Counted from the first letter of the stretch, positions 1 through 12,316 are shown. The stretch: 64,000 bases of DNA from Octopus sinensis (GCF_006345805.1 NC_043014.1:20832001-20896000), one strand, 5' to 3'. Notes: generated from the letters alone by a model not told the origin. Numbers and translations are program-made.

Positions 1-262
1 ACAAGAGGCAGTAAATTTGGTACAATTGAAGTCCAATTTAATGATGTAGGCAGTGCAAGTTTGAACTCGTCAACAATATTAAAGAACTAGGAAGTAGCGA
101 CGTTGCCAATATATGGTGGAAGGAGAGCTATAAGGGTCAACGTAGAGGGAATCCCCCCAGACGTCGACGTGGCTTGGATAGTAGCTGCAGTCTTGCCACC
201 AAGATGGAAGCAAGGAACTGGAAAGGGCAATCCTTAAATATGGTGATATGGGGACCGGATGA
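1..262 (+). mobile_element. Tx1/L1-type LINE ORF1 (RRM-like) fragment, decayed
   Basis: Frame +1 reads TRGSKFGTIEVQF...*EVATLPIYGGRRAIRVNVEGIPPDVDVAWIVAA. This aligns by eye with the 22992-23333 ORF (RRKNYGTVQVRF...LTYLGRRVVRVKVAQVPSEVNISLLAAA), which carries a downstream CCHC knuckle. One in-frame stop. Confidence 0.6.
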
Positions 263-400
263 TGCAAGCGTGAGAAAACAATCCTTACCTTCGTTTGTTA
301 AAACTTCTGGTGGGTCAATTTTTATAATTGACTCAGTCGATAGCCGTACTCTTCCTTCGCCGGACAACAGGTATTCAAAATAAACCCACATTTCAGATAT
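263..400 (-). mobile_element. Tx1/L1-type ORF2 C-terminal fragment
   Basis: ORF 137..391(-) WVYFEYLLSGEGRVRLSTESIIKIDPP...CFLTLA matches the SAEFIVKI segment of the ORF2 remnant at about 2.6 kb. Confidence 0.5.
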
Positions 401-414
401 CTCCGGACACTGAA

Positions 415-598
415 AAATAACGGATAAAGTTGATTATATCGACCCCAGTGCGTAACTGGTACTTATTTAATCGACCCCGAAAGGATGAAAGGCAAAATCG
501 ACCTCGGCAGAATTTGAACTCAGAACGTAACTGCAGACGAAATACGGCTACGCATTTCGCTCGGCGTGCTAACGGTTCTGCCAGCTCGCCGCCCTAGA
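415..598 (-). mobile_element. tRNA-derived SINE, family B (GGCGGCGAGCTGGCAGAA head)
   Basis: The minus strand gives GGCGGCGAGCTGGCAGAA...GTTCTGAGTTCAAATTC (B-box-like)...AAGTACCAGTTACGCACTGGGGTCGAT. The same sequence recurs at 6.5, 10.1, 30.8 and 58.3 kb. Confidence 0.8.
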
Positions 599-1079
599 CG
601 GAAAAATATTGCATGATATTCTGACTTCTTGTTTTCTACCAATTTGTCTTTTCTTTTTTTTTTGCTTTTGTTTTTGTTTTTGTTTGTGTTTTGGGGGCAT
701 TTTTTGGATGGACTGAAAAATCCTTTCAGTTTTGCTGAACTATTTTACCTTCGTAGCAGGCAGAAGATCAAAGGAGATAAAATAAGACAAAAATAATTGA
801 CGCGTATCAAATAGAAAGGGGAAAAAAACAACTTTTAAATTAGATGTTTTGGCAAAAATCCAGAAAACTATTACATATCATACCTGAATATGACAAAATC
901 AGGTTTTTTCTTTTGTATTTTTTGGTTTGTGTTTTCTTTTTATTTCTTTTTGTTGTTGTTATTTGTTTGTTTGTTTTTTTAATGCTCAGTCATTAGAATG
1001 GTCTTATCTGTCACGCCGCACCAAGATACCATTTACCGCACATTGTTTAGAAATCACTACCCCATTACCGTCAATGTTT

Positions 1080-1836
1080 ACATACACGTACATTCATACG
1101 TGGGAGGGCGCGCGTACGCGCACACGCACATACATGCGTACACACACTCACACGCATACATATGTACACACACACACACGCACATGCACATACATACACG
1201 CAACATCTTCACAGACATACTTTCTCTCTTTTATCTTTCTCTCCAAACATTCACTCCGTATTCTTTTTCTCGGTTTTTTTTTGTTTCCTTTATGAGGAGA
1301 TTGCGTCAAAGGAAATAAAGACAGGCTAGTCATGGTTGGAATGTCTTTTTGATCATAGGTCTTCGCCAGCCAGGACTGGTCTGGTGTTAAACAACACACC
1401 TATACTCGCAAAGACCGCGCGCGGTCACAGACAAGCACATAATACACACAAAAACATATACAAAACACAAACACATACAAACAAAACGAAACACACGCAC
1501 ACGCACACACATATAATATATACACACACAAACACACACACACACAAGCGCACTCATACCCAAACACATGAGCATATACAATTATGATTGGACAAATACA
1601 CGCACATGATATAACATCTACACAAACACTCTTAAATCGTATACACCCTATTGCAACCATCCAGCTACCACCCAAACACCCAACGAACCACACACACACA
1701 CACACACACACGCAGACACACACGCACACACATGCACGCACACACGTATACATACGTATTCCTAATGTCAGGTGACATATATCAAGTTAGTGACCGAAAG
1801 CACGGGTGATAAAACTCATTAATCACCATAATCACA

Positions 1837-1893
<57 letters not shown>

Positions 1894-1930
1894 TGTGTGT
1901 GTGTGTGCGTGTGTTTGTGTGCGTGAGTGC
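1080..1930. repeat. Clustered (CA)n/(TG)n microsatellites
   Basis: Interrupted CA runs at 1085-1200, 1440-1560 and 1690-1750, and a long TG run at 1839-1915. Confidence 0.95.
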
Positions 1931-2199
1931 GTGTTTCTTGGTTAATATGTGTGTAGGTGCGTATCTATTGTTAGCAATGTATGTCATTAAAAATTTTAAA
2001 TTGCTCCCCGGATTTCAACATATTGGTGGTAAGTCTTTTCACAAAACTCCTGCAATGACATATTTGGGTATTAAACAACAACGCCATCATCAACAACAAC
2101 AACAACAAAGCATTCTAATGAAATCTCAGATGATAATGATTTCTTTATTTGCTACATGGCCTCAAAACAACAAAAAAAAAACAAAGACATTAATAAAAT

Positions 2200-3430
2200 G
2201 ACGAAAATGCAAAATTTAGTAAGGGTTTAATTAAATGGTATTAAAAAACAATAACAAAAAATGACTAAATTTTAACAAAATTCTCCAAAACTGGTTAGGG
2301 TCAATCAAGAAAACGCCATAAAAATTCATTGGCCTAGACTACCAGGGACAAGTGCGTTTTCTCATTTGCTGTTTCTTAGCATGCAGGAGCATACTTGGTG
2401 TATGTCCGTTTCCGGTGGCCAACTTTACTACTCTAACTTAGCTTTCAACGTATCCCCTTTCTACGCTCATTTTCTTTTGCAAATGAATCTTGGCAAGCTA
2501 GCGAGAGTCTAATCGGAAAGGAAAGTGTCTATGGTCAGTCCTTTTCTGTCTTGTCCGCCATACAACTTCGTTCCCCATCGTTTCCTGAAAGGGGGAAACT
2601 TACTGGCCTTTCTAAGGTACAGAAGAGTGATAGGGTAATCTTCACGATGAACTCAGCTGACATCCAGATGTGTTCTACATGCGAAAACATCTTCCATCAG
2701 CAATTTTCGAACGCTGAACGAGAGCATACAGAACGGTTTATTCACTCGGCAAACAGCAACATTTCTGTGCCTGTACAGTTTATCCTGAATCTGCAATCCC
2801 CCTCGGCAGCAATGCCATGCCAGAGATTTCTGGAAATTATCCATAGACCCTGGTACACAAGTTCTCGAGAAGAGACCAGCCAGATGACTCCTGGGTTTCC
2901 CTGAAAATGTAATTCCAGTTCCCCACTACTACTCTAGTAAAGAATGTAATAGTGGAAGTTCTACCGACCACATTGCCCAACTAGTAGAGGTCTATGGGAA
3001 TCTGACAGCATTCCAGATACTAAGCACCTTGTCTTGGTTTCCGCTTCTTCCAAAATCGCAGCTCCGTCAGAGAGACGAGCTGAAGGAAACGTACTTGACA
3101 AAGGACGACTACACCTCACGTTTTCAGCCTTCCACTGTTATGCACCGTTCTACCTTTTTCGGAAGTTGAATTAGATCATGTAGTTTTACAAGTGTTCTGG
3201 CTTCACCTATAATAGAATCTTCAGTCCTGTTCTGGAACAATTTTTCGGTCTATATTTTTTAATTTACAGGTGTCACCTCCCTTCAGGATAATGCACGCCA
3301 TAACCCACCAGATTGTCCGGCTCCGGTAGCACACCATATAGCTTCATCTTAATAATCCCTCCATCTTAACAATCCTCTCCCCATAAAAGTGAGAATGAGG
3401 TCACCAACAGCTGGTGTCGAGGATTAAGCG
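2200..3430 (-). mobile_element. Tx1/L1-type LINE, 3' part of ORF2 plus 3' UTR, frameshifted
   Basis: Minus-strand pieces STFPQLVSLTELRFW, MDNFQKSLAWHCCRGGLQIQDKLYRH, EVVWRTRQK/GLTIDTFLS and KIHLQKKMSVER. The C-terminus and the UTR motif GAAAAcGCACTTgtCCCTgGTaGTC match 22.6-22.9 kb. Confidence 0.65.
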
Positions 3431-4559
3431 AGTTATTTTTATCACCCTCAGCGCTTGGAACAGTCTTTTGTTTTGGGGCGGGAAGCCATCAGTCTTTTTT
3501 TTTTTTTTGTCTTGTCGCTGCCGATTCTATTAATTTCTCTCCTCTTTCCCTCTCTTTCCACGTCCTCAGTATAAAAACACTCAGGTAATTGTTTTTAATA
3601 CTGCATGAGTAACTGCTAGCCTTACTTGCCCTGCGTCGCTATTTGTATCGGGTTTTTCTGCGCCCACAATCGTGTACAAGTTTAGTATGGCTATGGGTTC
3701 TACAGGGAGGGAAACATCAATACGTGTATATCCATGCAGTTCCCACAAGCCATGTCATTTTGGATTACTTTTTTTCCCACAATCTTCCTAGACTGCACCA
3801 AAAAAAAGGGATGAGGAGCCATGAGTCATTATTACTACCAATGACACTGGAGTGATCCTCGTGTTGTACTGTGCAGTATATTGCGACAGGGGCTTGTGGG
3901 CAAATGTGTCATACACTAACTCAATCTATCACTTCGCCGCGTCCCCAGCTTCGAAGACGAAGCATTTTGTCTAACATGTCCTTTCTTCGATCGATGAAAA
4001 CCACAGTTGTCCTTATATTAGCCAGAAGATCTTTCGACTGCCCTTTGAGAGCATACTGAAAACACTTCTGCTTTTTGATAAGCAAAACTATATCACGCAT
4101 CTACATGCTTTGTCTTCGATAAAATTAATAGGCAAGGAGGTTGAAGATTTCGTGACATGCTTTCTACGCATACTTTTTTTTGTGCGAATCAAACAATATT
4201 CAGAATTTCTTTTTGGAAGGCAATACCGTAAAGCATTTACAGCTTTGGTTGCTTTCATCTTTGTTAGTTGTTATTTGTAGCATTTTTATATGTAATAAAA
4301 ATGTCTGTTTGCTTATTTAACTGCTGTATTTTTTCCTTTTGTTTGTTAAAATTCTTTGGGGCATGAAAACTAGTCGACGAAAACATGTTTTACATAAGTA
4401 AGCGAATATTTACAATATAATTTATGAAATATACAAAAATGTTTAGTGACAAGCCTCATTTCTTTTCCAAATTAAAACGATGAATATTCAAAATATTCCT
4501 GTGTGTGGAGAAAGGTAAGAGACAATTTACCACATTGTCTGTTCAGTTTCTAAACCCAG

Positions 4560-4995
4560 GAAGAATACATATATAGGCATGGCAGAGCTGGGGTCTACAT
4601 ACACTGGACGTTAGGAAACATAGACAGAAAATAGATAGTATAAACATACCACCAGGCAAGATCGCTGCTAATAATAAATTAGCCATATTTGTATTCTGGG
4701 ATATACACATAGACAGGGAGATCGAGGTTAATAGAAGAAATAATGTTCTCAAGGACCACCAGGTAAAAAAAAATTTCATAATCTACATGTTATTACCATT
4801 AGATGATAATGTATCCCTCAAAGAAATGCATTATTTATCCAGTCATAAGGACCCGGAAATAGTAATAATTTGAATGTAGTGGAACTGGAAATTATCACTA
4901 TAATGGTAGGCACATTAAGAATAATAAGAAAAACCCAAAACCCCGCGACTTACAAATATATCGTGTACACAGAGAATAGCACTGCAAACCATTGT
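4560..4995 (+). mobile_element. R4/Dong-clade (RLE) LINE, 3' fragment
   Basis: HGRAGVYIHWTL, FWDIHIDREIEVNRRNNVLKDHQ (PD-motif region), IITIMVGTLRIIRK and QRIALQT follow the RHD..IHW / WD..TDR...NRPD / PIIVGALG / QK.AL order of RLE LINE C-termini. Confidence 0.7.
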
Positions 4996-5000
4996 ACATA

Positions 5001-5206
5001 CGAGGAGATGCTAAAAAGTTCCTGGCTTTAAGTGTATCGCGAAAGGTCTGGTTGGAGGCCCAACCTTCCGAGTTCTCTTACAGGATTTAAAAAAACTGAA
5101 GGACCTGCCATAAGTGTGTGAATCTGAGAGGGAAATATTTGGAATAAAATTATAATTAACTGATCCTCCTGTATTTTCTTTTGCCCAAAGCCAGAAACAA
5201 CCTATC
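5001..5206 (+). mobile_element. Mariner-derived MITE
   Basis: TA at 4999-5000 followed by CGAGGAGATGCTAAAAAGTTCCTGGCTTT, an internal KCVNLRGKYLE* transposase tail, and a degenerate inverse end CCCAAAGCCAGAAAC. Confidence 0.65.
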
Positions 5207-5253
5207 ATAAATGATGTGGCTATTGCGGTCAAATGTATGTGCTTGTTCATACA

Positions 5254-5452
5254 TTAGCTCATTTCCGGCATCAGATCGGCGTTGCCTGAATAGGTAAACC
5301 GTGTGCCGCACGTCAGGTGTCGAAGTAATCGAAGGTCAACGCGAGTTGAAGTGTTTTGCTCAAGAATACAACGCACAATCCGGTCCAGGAATTGAAACTA
5401 TGACCTCGCGATCATGAGCGCAACACCCTAAGCACTAGGCCATGCGTCCTCA
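5254..5452 (-). mobile_element. tRNA-derived SINE, family C
   Basis: Minus strand GTGAGGACGCATGGCCTAGTGCTTAGGG (A box)...GTTTCAATTCCTGGACC (B box)...GTTGTATTCTTGAGCAAAACACTT. Sister copies at 33359 and 54580. Confidence 0.75.
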
Positions 5453-5809
5453 CCAGATGTATGTATATAAATAACATTAAAGCTATTTGCTGATGTGCAT
5501 ATGCGTTGCGCAAGGAAAACAGAATTAGAGAACTTTTTGACCGCAGAATATCGTTATTTGTCACTCTCTTTCACTTGCGGGGCGATTTCATTTTGCCTAG
5601 TTATGTGGTAAACTGTGTTTTTAAACACAGTACATCTTAAAGGGACCTACCTTGATAAAGTACCAAAGGTTCAGAGCGTTTAACAACATACAGACATTGA
5701 GTATATCATAATAATGTTTACATTATTTAAGCTATTTCCAACAAAAATTCCAATTTAACACACACACATACGCATGCACACACACGCATGCACATACACA
5801 CACAAGTAC

Positions 5810-5866
<57 letters not shown>

Positions 5867-6079
5867 TAAGGAGACACCTCACATTGTAGTGTTACTTTGT
5901 GTGGCAAAATTGCGAACGTGTTAGATTTGTAAGAAAAACGCGCAAATAACTAGATACAACTGGCTAAAATATAATGTATAAGGAGAAGATCAGCTATAAT
6001 ATATTGGACATTGTAGATTATAATATTATAAAAAAAACATTTTAAAATGGATTGCGAGAAAAAACAAGAAAAGTATCAA

Positions 6080-6480
6080 TAGAGAAACGTATCTTTATGA
6101 AGTGAAAAATATCAGTTTAAATCGAATGAAAAACTTACATTGGAACAGCAATGTATGTAGCGATGAAGGGAAAATATCAAGAATTGCATTGAGCTGATTT
6201 TGGTTTTCTTTGGAGGGACATAAAGAGATCATGGAGAATTCTTCATAAAGTTGACCATGAGTAAAGCAGGTTTTCTCAAGATGTAGTTCAGCAACTGTTA
6301 ACGTTTGCCTTAACATTTATTGATTGATAGCACAATTTAGGTTTACTGGAATCTGACATCTCCAAATCGAAAGGGTATATTTGTTGGTATGTAAGAAATA
6401 CTGGTTATAATTATATCATTCCTTTGGTTCACCCAGTGACAGTAGTAGTCTTGGTGTCAGGTGAACTAAGCTTCTTAACC
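6080..6480 (-). mobile_element. Helitron Rep/Hel PIF1-helicase C-terminal remnant
   Basis: PTNIPFRF..QIPV, SINKC*G and QTLTVAELHLEKTCFTHGQLY correspond to the Helitron motif SINKSQGQTL..AGL.L..PCFSHGQLYVA. Frameshifted. Confidence 0.75.
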
Positions 6481-6493
6481 AATGACACAGCAT

Positions 6494-6820
6494 AAGGTGG
6501 CGAGCTGGCAGAATCGTTAGTACACCGAGTAAAATGCTTAGCGGCATTTCGTCCGTTTTTATGTTCTCAGTTCAAATTCCGCCGAGGCCGACTTTCCCTT
6601 TCGTCCTTTTGTGGTTGTTAAAATAAGTACCAGTTGAAAATTGAGGTCAATATAATCGACTGACCCACTCCCACGATCTTCCTTCCTGTATTTCAAAGGG
6701 GCCAGCCTTGTCACACTGTGTCACGCTGAATATCCCCGAGAACTACGTTAAGGGTACACGTGTCTGTGGAGTGCTCGGCCACTTGCACGTTAACTTCACG
6801 AGTAGGCTGTTCCGTTGATT
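6494..6820 (+). mobile_element. SINE family B copy plus common SINE/LINE tail
   Basis: TAAGGTGGCGAGCTGGCAGAATCGTTAG...AGTTCAAATTCC, followed by the tail GGGGCCAGCCTTGTCACACTGTGTCACGCTG...GGCTGTTCCGTTGAT. Confidence 0.75.
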
Positions 6821-7218
6821 ATAATAGCCAAAGATTGTCTTAGACATAAACGAGTTTGAATTGATATTATTTGAGATATATAGAAATATATTTCGATAGT
6901 TGTAGATTCTTTTTTACTTAATTATTTTGTCCGTCATAATTTTGTTGTTTTTTTTTTATTGTAATTGTTATGTAGTTGAAAAGTTAACGCTCACGCTCAT
7001 AATACATAAGCTTTTGAATTGTCTGTCTATAACCCAAAACTCTGAAGAGACTTATATAAGTGGATATGTATTGTTTGTAAATCGAATGTATATTAGCCAA
7101 AACAAATTGTTGGCTATTTTGGTTTTTTTAATAATTTTTTTAATGTTATATTATATCATATTTATAGAATTTTATATTATATTATAACATAAATAAATTA
7201 TTGGGTTGTTTATTCAAC

Positions 7219-7358
7219 ATGCATGCTTCACTTGCTTCATGCTCCCAGCCTAATGGGCCCAGAGATGTCATCATGCGTGGAGCCGACCAGGTCCACCAGT
7301 GGCCCCTATCGTTGGTGGTCTCGTGCTAGCCCTCTGCATCCTATCTACATACATACAT
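7219..7358. repeat. ~140-bp dispersed repeat, copy 1 (copy 2 at 8035-8176)
   Basis: ATGCATGCTTCA.TTGCTTCAT.CTCCCAGC.TA.TGGGCCCAGAGATGTCATCATGCGTGG...CCTATCTACATACATACAT occurs twice in direct orientation. Confidence 0.85.
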
Positions 7359-7409
7359 GTGTACGTAAATACAATTCTGCATATCTCTATTTAATTTAGT
7401 GTTTAAATA

Positions 7410-7615
7410 TAAAGTAATCCCTCGACTATTGCGAGTGTAACGTTCCAAAAAAAAACCGCGATAAGTGAAAATCCACGAAGTAGAAACAGTACTGTACTGT
7501 GTGTATTATTTTATTACTTTTATAATGTTATATATTTATTTTATTATAAATGCAAAACAACAACGGAGGAATCGACGCAAGCTTAAATAATAAACCGCGA
7601 TAGGTGAACCACGCT
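7410..7615 (+). mobile_element. Tigger/pogo-type MITE remnant
   Basis: AGTAATCCCTCGACTATTGCG...GTTCCAAAA..CCGCGATAAGTGAAAATCC resembles a Tigger terminus. The internal CCGCGATA.GTGAA motif occurs twice. Confidence 0.5.
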
Positions 7616-7792
7616 ATATATATTTGTGCGTGTTTACGTATGTGTGTTTGTTTATATGTTCGTACATACTTGTGTATATACATATTTATTTACACAGACG
7701 TGTCTGTGAAGGTACGATTGTGTGTGTGACGGGGTCGTTGCTTAGAGTAACAATGTAATAAGACATACGAATATATATCATATATATTATAT

Positions 7793-7970
7793 CCGCTTCA
7801 CTGCTTATTTAGGTGTCAGATTTCTTTGACAAATTTATGTTGTACATCAACTACAAACGTCTCCTGCAATTTTTAATTAAAAAATACTCTCTCTTCAATT
7901 GAATAGAAACTGACGCCGCCTGTTTGCTTTTCTTGACTGGTCGGTGGAAGATTACATTGCTATGGTCAAT
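7793..7970 (+). repeat. ~180-220-bp dispersed repeat (second copy at 13650-13868)
   Basis: CCGC.TCACTGCTTATTTAGGTGTCAG..TCTTTGACAAATTTATGTT...AATTGAA.AGAAACT.ACGC is shared by both copies. Confidence 0.8.
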
Positions 7971-8034
7971 GATATTTTGTTCTTATTTTCAATGGGCTAT
8001 ATAATATATAGGGAAGTATAACGTGGGTATTTAC

Positions 8035-8176
8035 ATGCATGCTTCATTTGCTTCATACTCCCAGCTTAGTGGGCCCAGAGATGTCATCATGCGTGGATCC
8101 GACCAGGTCCACCAATGACCCCTGTCGTTGGTGGTCTCGTGCTAGCCCCTCTGCATCCTATCTACATACATACATG
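8035..8176. repeat. ~140-bp dispersed repeat, copy 2
   Basis: Near-identical to 7219-7358. Confidence 0.85.
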
Positions 8177-8439
8177 AGGAAGAAAACAGTGGAGAAGAAG
8201 AAGAGAGAAACAGAGAAATAGCGAGAGGAAGTGTAAAAATAGATAGGGGCAGAATGTTACATTATGACGCCCGAAAGTAACCAGCAACATTTGGATACTT
8301 CGTATAGCTTGCGCAACGAACATATACAAACGCGCACATGGAATTACATGTATATCTACATAAGTATAAATATACATACAAACACACCTATATGGATACG
8401 CAAACAAATATACAAAAATACAAAAATGTGTACGCAAAT

Positions 8440-8574
8440 ACATGCTCACATATATAAAAGTATACGCATATATACATACACATTTATATATGTATGCATA
8501 TATGTATGTATATATACATATGTATATATATATATATACATATATATATATACATATATATATATATATGTATA

Positions 8575-8618
<44 letters not shown>

Positions 8619-8725
8619 CACGCATATGCATACGTACACGCAAATACATGTATATACATATATATACATGCCTACAATACATACGCATATATATATTGAG
8701 ACATATCTACATCATAATGTATATA
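8440..8725. repeat. Compound (TA)n/(TACA)n microsatellite
   Basis: Long TA runs interleaved with CATA/TGTA units. Confidence 0.95.
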
Positions 8726-8799
8726 TACAAACAACTTTAAAAAACTGTTCGGTGTGATTAATATTAAAATGTAAAATAAGGAAATTGTACATGAATTTG

Positions 8800-9300
8800 A
8801 TGTAACATGATTAAATACGTGAGTAAAAATAAGAATAATAAAAATAAACCGTCGAAGGCTTTCTTAAAGATGAAATCGCAATGTACATTAACGTTGCGAT
8901 GGAAAATAACAATACCGTGTAAAGTCAAATTCAAATGCGACGTTCAAAAAATATATTCCGAAAGTCTGAATATATTTTACCCGTACGGTATTTGTCAGTT
9001 GACATTTTAAACTTTGTGGTGTGCCTGCAGGAATTTAAGAGCTTGCGTCTCTGGTTCAAAGCGTTTTTATCCTGGAACAAGATAAAGAACTTCTCTGAGA
9101 GGCAAAGATTACATTTCATAGATCTCTCCATGTCTGTATGCTGATGCTTTTTCTAGAACTTTCCAGGTTACATTGAAAGGACAGGTGTCATTCTCTTTCA
9201 ATTCCCAGACATGCTTTGCAAGACTAGTCGCTATCCTGTTCTCGGGGTATCGGAAAGAATTTGTGTGGGAATAGAATCAAGTCTTGAATGAATTCTTTGA
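8800..9300 (-). mobile_element. Penelope-like element, GIY-YIG endonuclease C-terminal remnant
   Basis: TSLAKHVWELKENDTCPFNVTWKVLEK...CNLCLSEKFFILFQDKNALNQRRKLLNSCRHTTKF is the typical PLE C-terminus (HVW.LK / W.IL / CNLCL.EK..I / LN.R.E...CRH). Confidence 0.8.
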
Positions 9301-9466
9301 AGCCTCTTTCAAAATTTATATCAAACTTTTTTCTGAATTCCCCACACCTCTCTCTTTATACATACATATATGCACGTATGCATACATACATACATACATA
9401 CATACATACATACATACATACATACATACATACATTTATACATACATGTATGCATATATATATATT

Positions 9467-9506
<40 letters not shown>

Positions 9507-9507
<1 letters not shown>

Positions 9508-9866
9508 TCTTTTACTCTTTTACTTGTTTCAGTCATTTGATTGCGGCCATGCTGGAGCACCGCCTTTAATCGAGCAACTCGACCCCGGGACTTATTCTTT
9601 GTAAGCCCAGTACTTATTCTATCGGTCTCTTTTGCCGAACCGCTAATTGACGGGGACGTAAACACACCAGCATCGGTTGTCAAGCGATGTTGGAGGGACA
9701 AACACAGACATACAAACATACACGCACACACATATATATATATACGACGGGCTTCTTTCAGTTTCCGTCTACCAAATCCACTCACAAGGCTTTGGTCGGC
9801 CCGAGGCTATAGTAGAAGACACTTGCCCAAGGTACCACGCAGTGGGACTGAACCCGGAACCATGGA
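9507..9866 (-). mobile_element. tRNA-derived SINE, family A (most abundant here)
   Basis: Minus strand ATGGTTCCGGGTTCAGTCCCACTGCGTGG...CTTGGGCAAGTGTCTTC..., a central TA/TG tract, and the tail GTCAAATGACTGAAACAAGTAAAAGAGTAAAAGAG. Confidence 0.9.
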
Positions 9867-10052
9867 ACAATAGCAATTTCTGTCATAAATGTTTTCTCTT
9901 ACAAAATATTAGCTGTCGTAAATAACAGTTGATATTATTTATCACATCAACGATTTGCTGATTTAATATTCATTTCTAAGAATGTATGTATTATTAGATT
10001 TAAAAGTAAACAACGAACCGATAATCTTCTGACAAAACTCGAAATGATAGTT

Positions 10053-10262
10053 ACAAATTTTGGTACAAGGCCAGCAAGTTCGGGGGTTGGATTAAGTCGA
10101 TTACTTCAAACCCAGTTCTCCACTGATAATTATTTTATCTACCCCGAGAGAATGAGAGACAAAGTCGACATCGAGGAATTTGAACTCAGAATGTAAATGC
10201 TGACGAAATGCCGCTAAGCACTTTCCCCGGCGAGCAAACGATTCTGCCAGCTCCCCACCTTC
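10053..10262 (-). mobile_element. SINE family B
   Basis: Reverse complement of the GGTGGGGAGCTGGCAGAATCG...GAGTTCAAATTCC head and core. Confidence 0.75.
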
Positions 10263-10654
10263 AAAATCTGAAATACTATTTTTTTTTTTTAATCAATGTC
10301 TTTCAATGACATTCCAATGAATTTATTATGCATCAAACTTCTCAGCTAGAAAAGGAGCACGTGATGTGTGCTGCTGAAATCTCATTCCTCATTCCCCGTT
10401 CGGTTTTTATATTTGTAGCTCTCCCGTCATTCAGCCAGCCATATCATGAAACGTATGCAGTGCTATCTCAGAATAACTAACACATAATCTTATGAGAGAC
10501 GACCGAAATATTAATTTCCTTTTGTGATCTATTATTATGTTATCTGTAAACTTTATACTCATTACGAATTTATCATCTTTGGTGAATTAACAGAGTTCGC
10601 TTAGCACATCCAATATATGCATCGCTAATTTGAGTGAGTTTGTGTGTGTGTTCA

Positions 10655-10706
<52 letters not shown>

Positions 10707-10875
10707 GGTGTGTGAGTGAGAGAGAGAGAAAGAGAGAGGAGAAGGTAACAATAGAATTACTTCGAAGTAAAAATAAACAACAAATAGCATTGTACTCAAC
10801 AAACGCTACTGAGTAATCCTGCAGTTTAGTGTAAAACAGTTTTTATTATAAATCGATAAAAAAATCAATCATATA

Positions 10876-12119
10876 TCAGGTCATCCCATGAGTAATGTCT
10901 GGACGTCTATATTTTCAATTTGTAAACGCTTTGACAGTATTTGAATGTCTAATGGTATCGAGTAATATTTATATGTATTTGGACATATTTTAACTGATTA
11001 AATTTCATTTTGCAGTATAATCTAATTGAAATTTCATTAATTATAGCTTTTAAAATATGGAAGTGTTTAAGGAGCATTTGAGGCACATAATGCTTTATGA
11101 GTTTAAAAAATGAAACTCCGCAGCTAAAGCGACTCGAAATATTCACTTAGTTTATGGAGAAGAATGCCTGAATGAAAGAACTTGCAAAAGATGGTTTGCA
11201 AAATTTAGAAGTGGAGATTTCAGTCATGAAGATGAGACTCAAACAGGACGTCCAACTAAGTTTCATGACAAGCTCCTTTTGGCAGAACTTGAAAAAGATT
11301 TTGCAATTTCAGTTAAAGATTTGGCAAGCAAGCTTCTTTCAATCCATACAACTGTTCACCTCCATCTTCAACAGCTTTGAAAGGTCCCAAAACTCAGAAA
11401 ATGGATGCTTCGTGACTTGTCTGAAGCCAACTGCAAATCCCGTTCTCGTGAATTCATCTCACTCTTTTTGGACAGACTGGTGACCGGTGATGAAAAATAT
11501 GTGAATTAATGTAGACTTACCTTGGGTCTTTTTATCAAAATGCTAAGCGTGTAGACATTGGCTTGATGAAGCGGGGAAGGCCCAGCCACAACCGAAAAAG
11601 GAATCCATGGGAAGAAGGTTCTTTTCTCTGTTTGGTGAGATTGCAAAGGAGTCATCTATTTTGAGTTGCTACCAACTGATTCAACAATCAATGCTCAAAC
11701 CTACTGTCAATAATTAGAACGTTTGAACGCTGCTTTGACAGAAAGAAGGGGAGTGGTGTTTCATCAGGACAATGCAAAGATCATGTCACAGAAGATCGAG
11801 GAACTTGGCTGGGAGAAAATTGCTCATCCACCTTGCTCCCCAGACCTTGCTCCTTCAGATTACCATTTGATCCGTAGTTTACAGAATCATCTGGGTGGAT
11901 TAACTCTCGAAACAACTGAAAAAGTCGAAACTGACCGTTCAGAGTTCTCTTTGAAACCGAAAGTTTTTCACTAATGGGATTACAATGCTTATGAGTATAT
12001 GGAAAGATGTAATAGATAATCATGGAAACTATATTGACGATTAAGTTTCATTAAAATGTAAGATTTGATAACTTGTTTTCCATAATTAGAATCCGGTCAT
12101 TACTTATGGGATGACCTAA
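10876..12119 (+). mobile_element. Full-length mariner (DD34D) transposon, 1244 bp
   Basis: TA flanks at 10874-75 and 12120-21. The ~28-bp imperfect TIRs are TCAGGTCATCCCATGAGTAATGTCTGGA and the reverse complement TTAGGTCATCCCATAAGTAATGACCGGA. Confidence 0.9.
11057..12044 (+). pseudogene. Mariner transposase pseudogene
   Basis: MEVFKEHLRHIMLYEFKK*...CKRWFAKFRSGDFS, then LVTGDEK, FHQDNA and SPDLAPSDYHL (catalytic D, D, D). Several stops and frameshifts. Confidence 0.9.
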
Positions 12120-12258
12120 TATACGTATATATCACCCTCTGGTCGATAACTAAAGAGAAGTTGATGACCTTCTGTGTTTTCAGTTCGTCTGTGCAGTTAG
12201 TGTATGTTCCTATACATTTTTTCCTAAACGTTTTTTTTTAATTATAAGTATATATATA

Positions 12259-12316
<58 letters not shown>

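Noticed and set aside
927-2201. ORFs rich in HT/CV/VC
   Set aside because: Translations of (CA)n/(TG)n microsatellites, which lack stop codons.
3600-4250. Unique-looking stretch that might be a decayed transposase
   Set aside because: No motif could be assigned with confidence, and all frames are broken.
8162-8757. Overlapping 60-165-aa YI/IY ORFs
   Set aside because: (TA)n artefacts.
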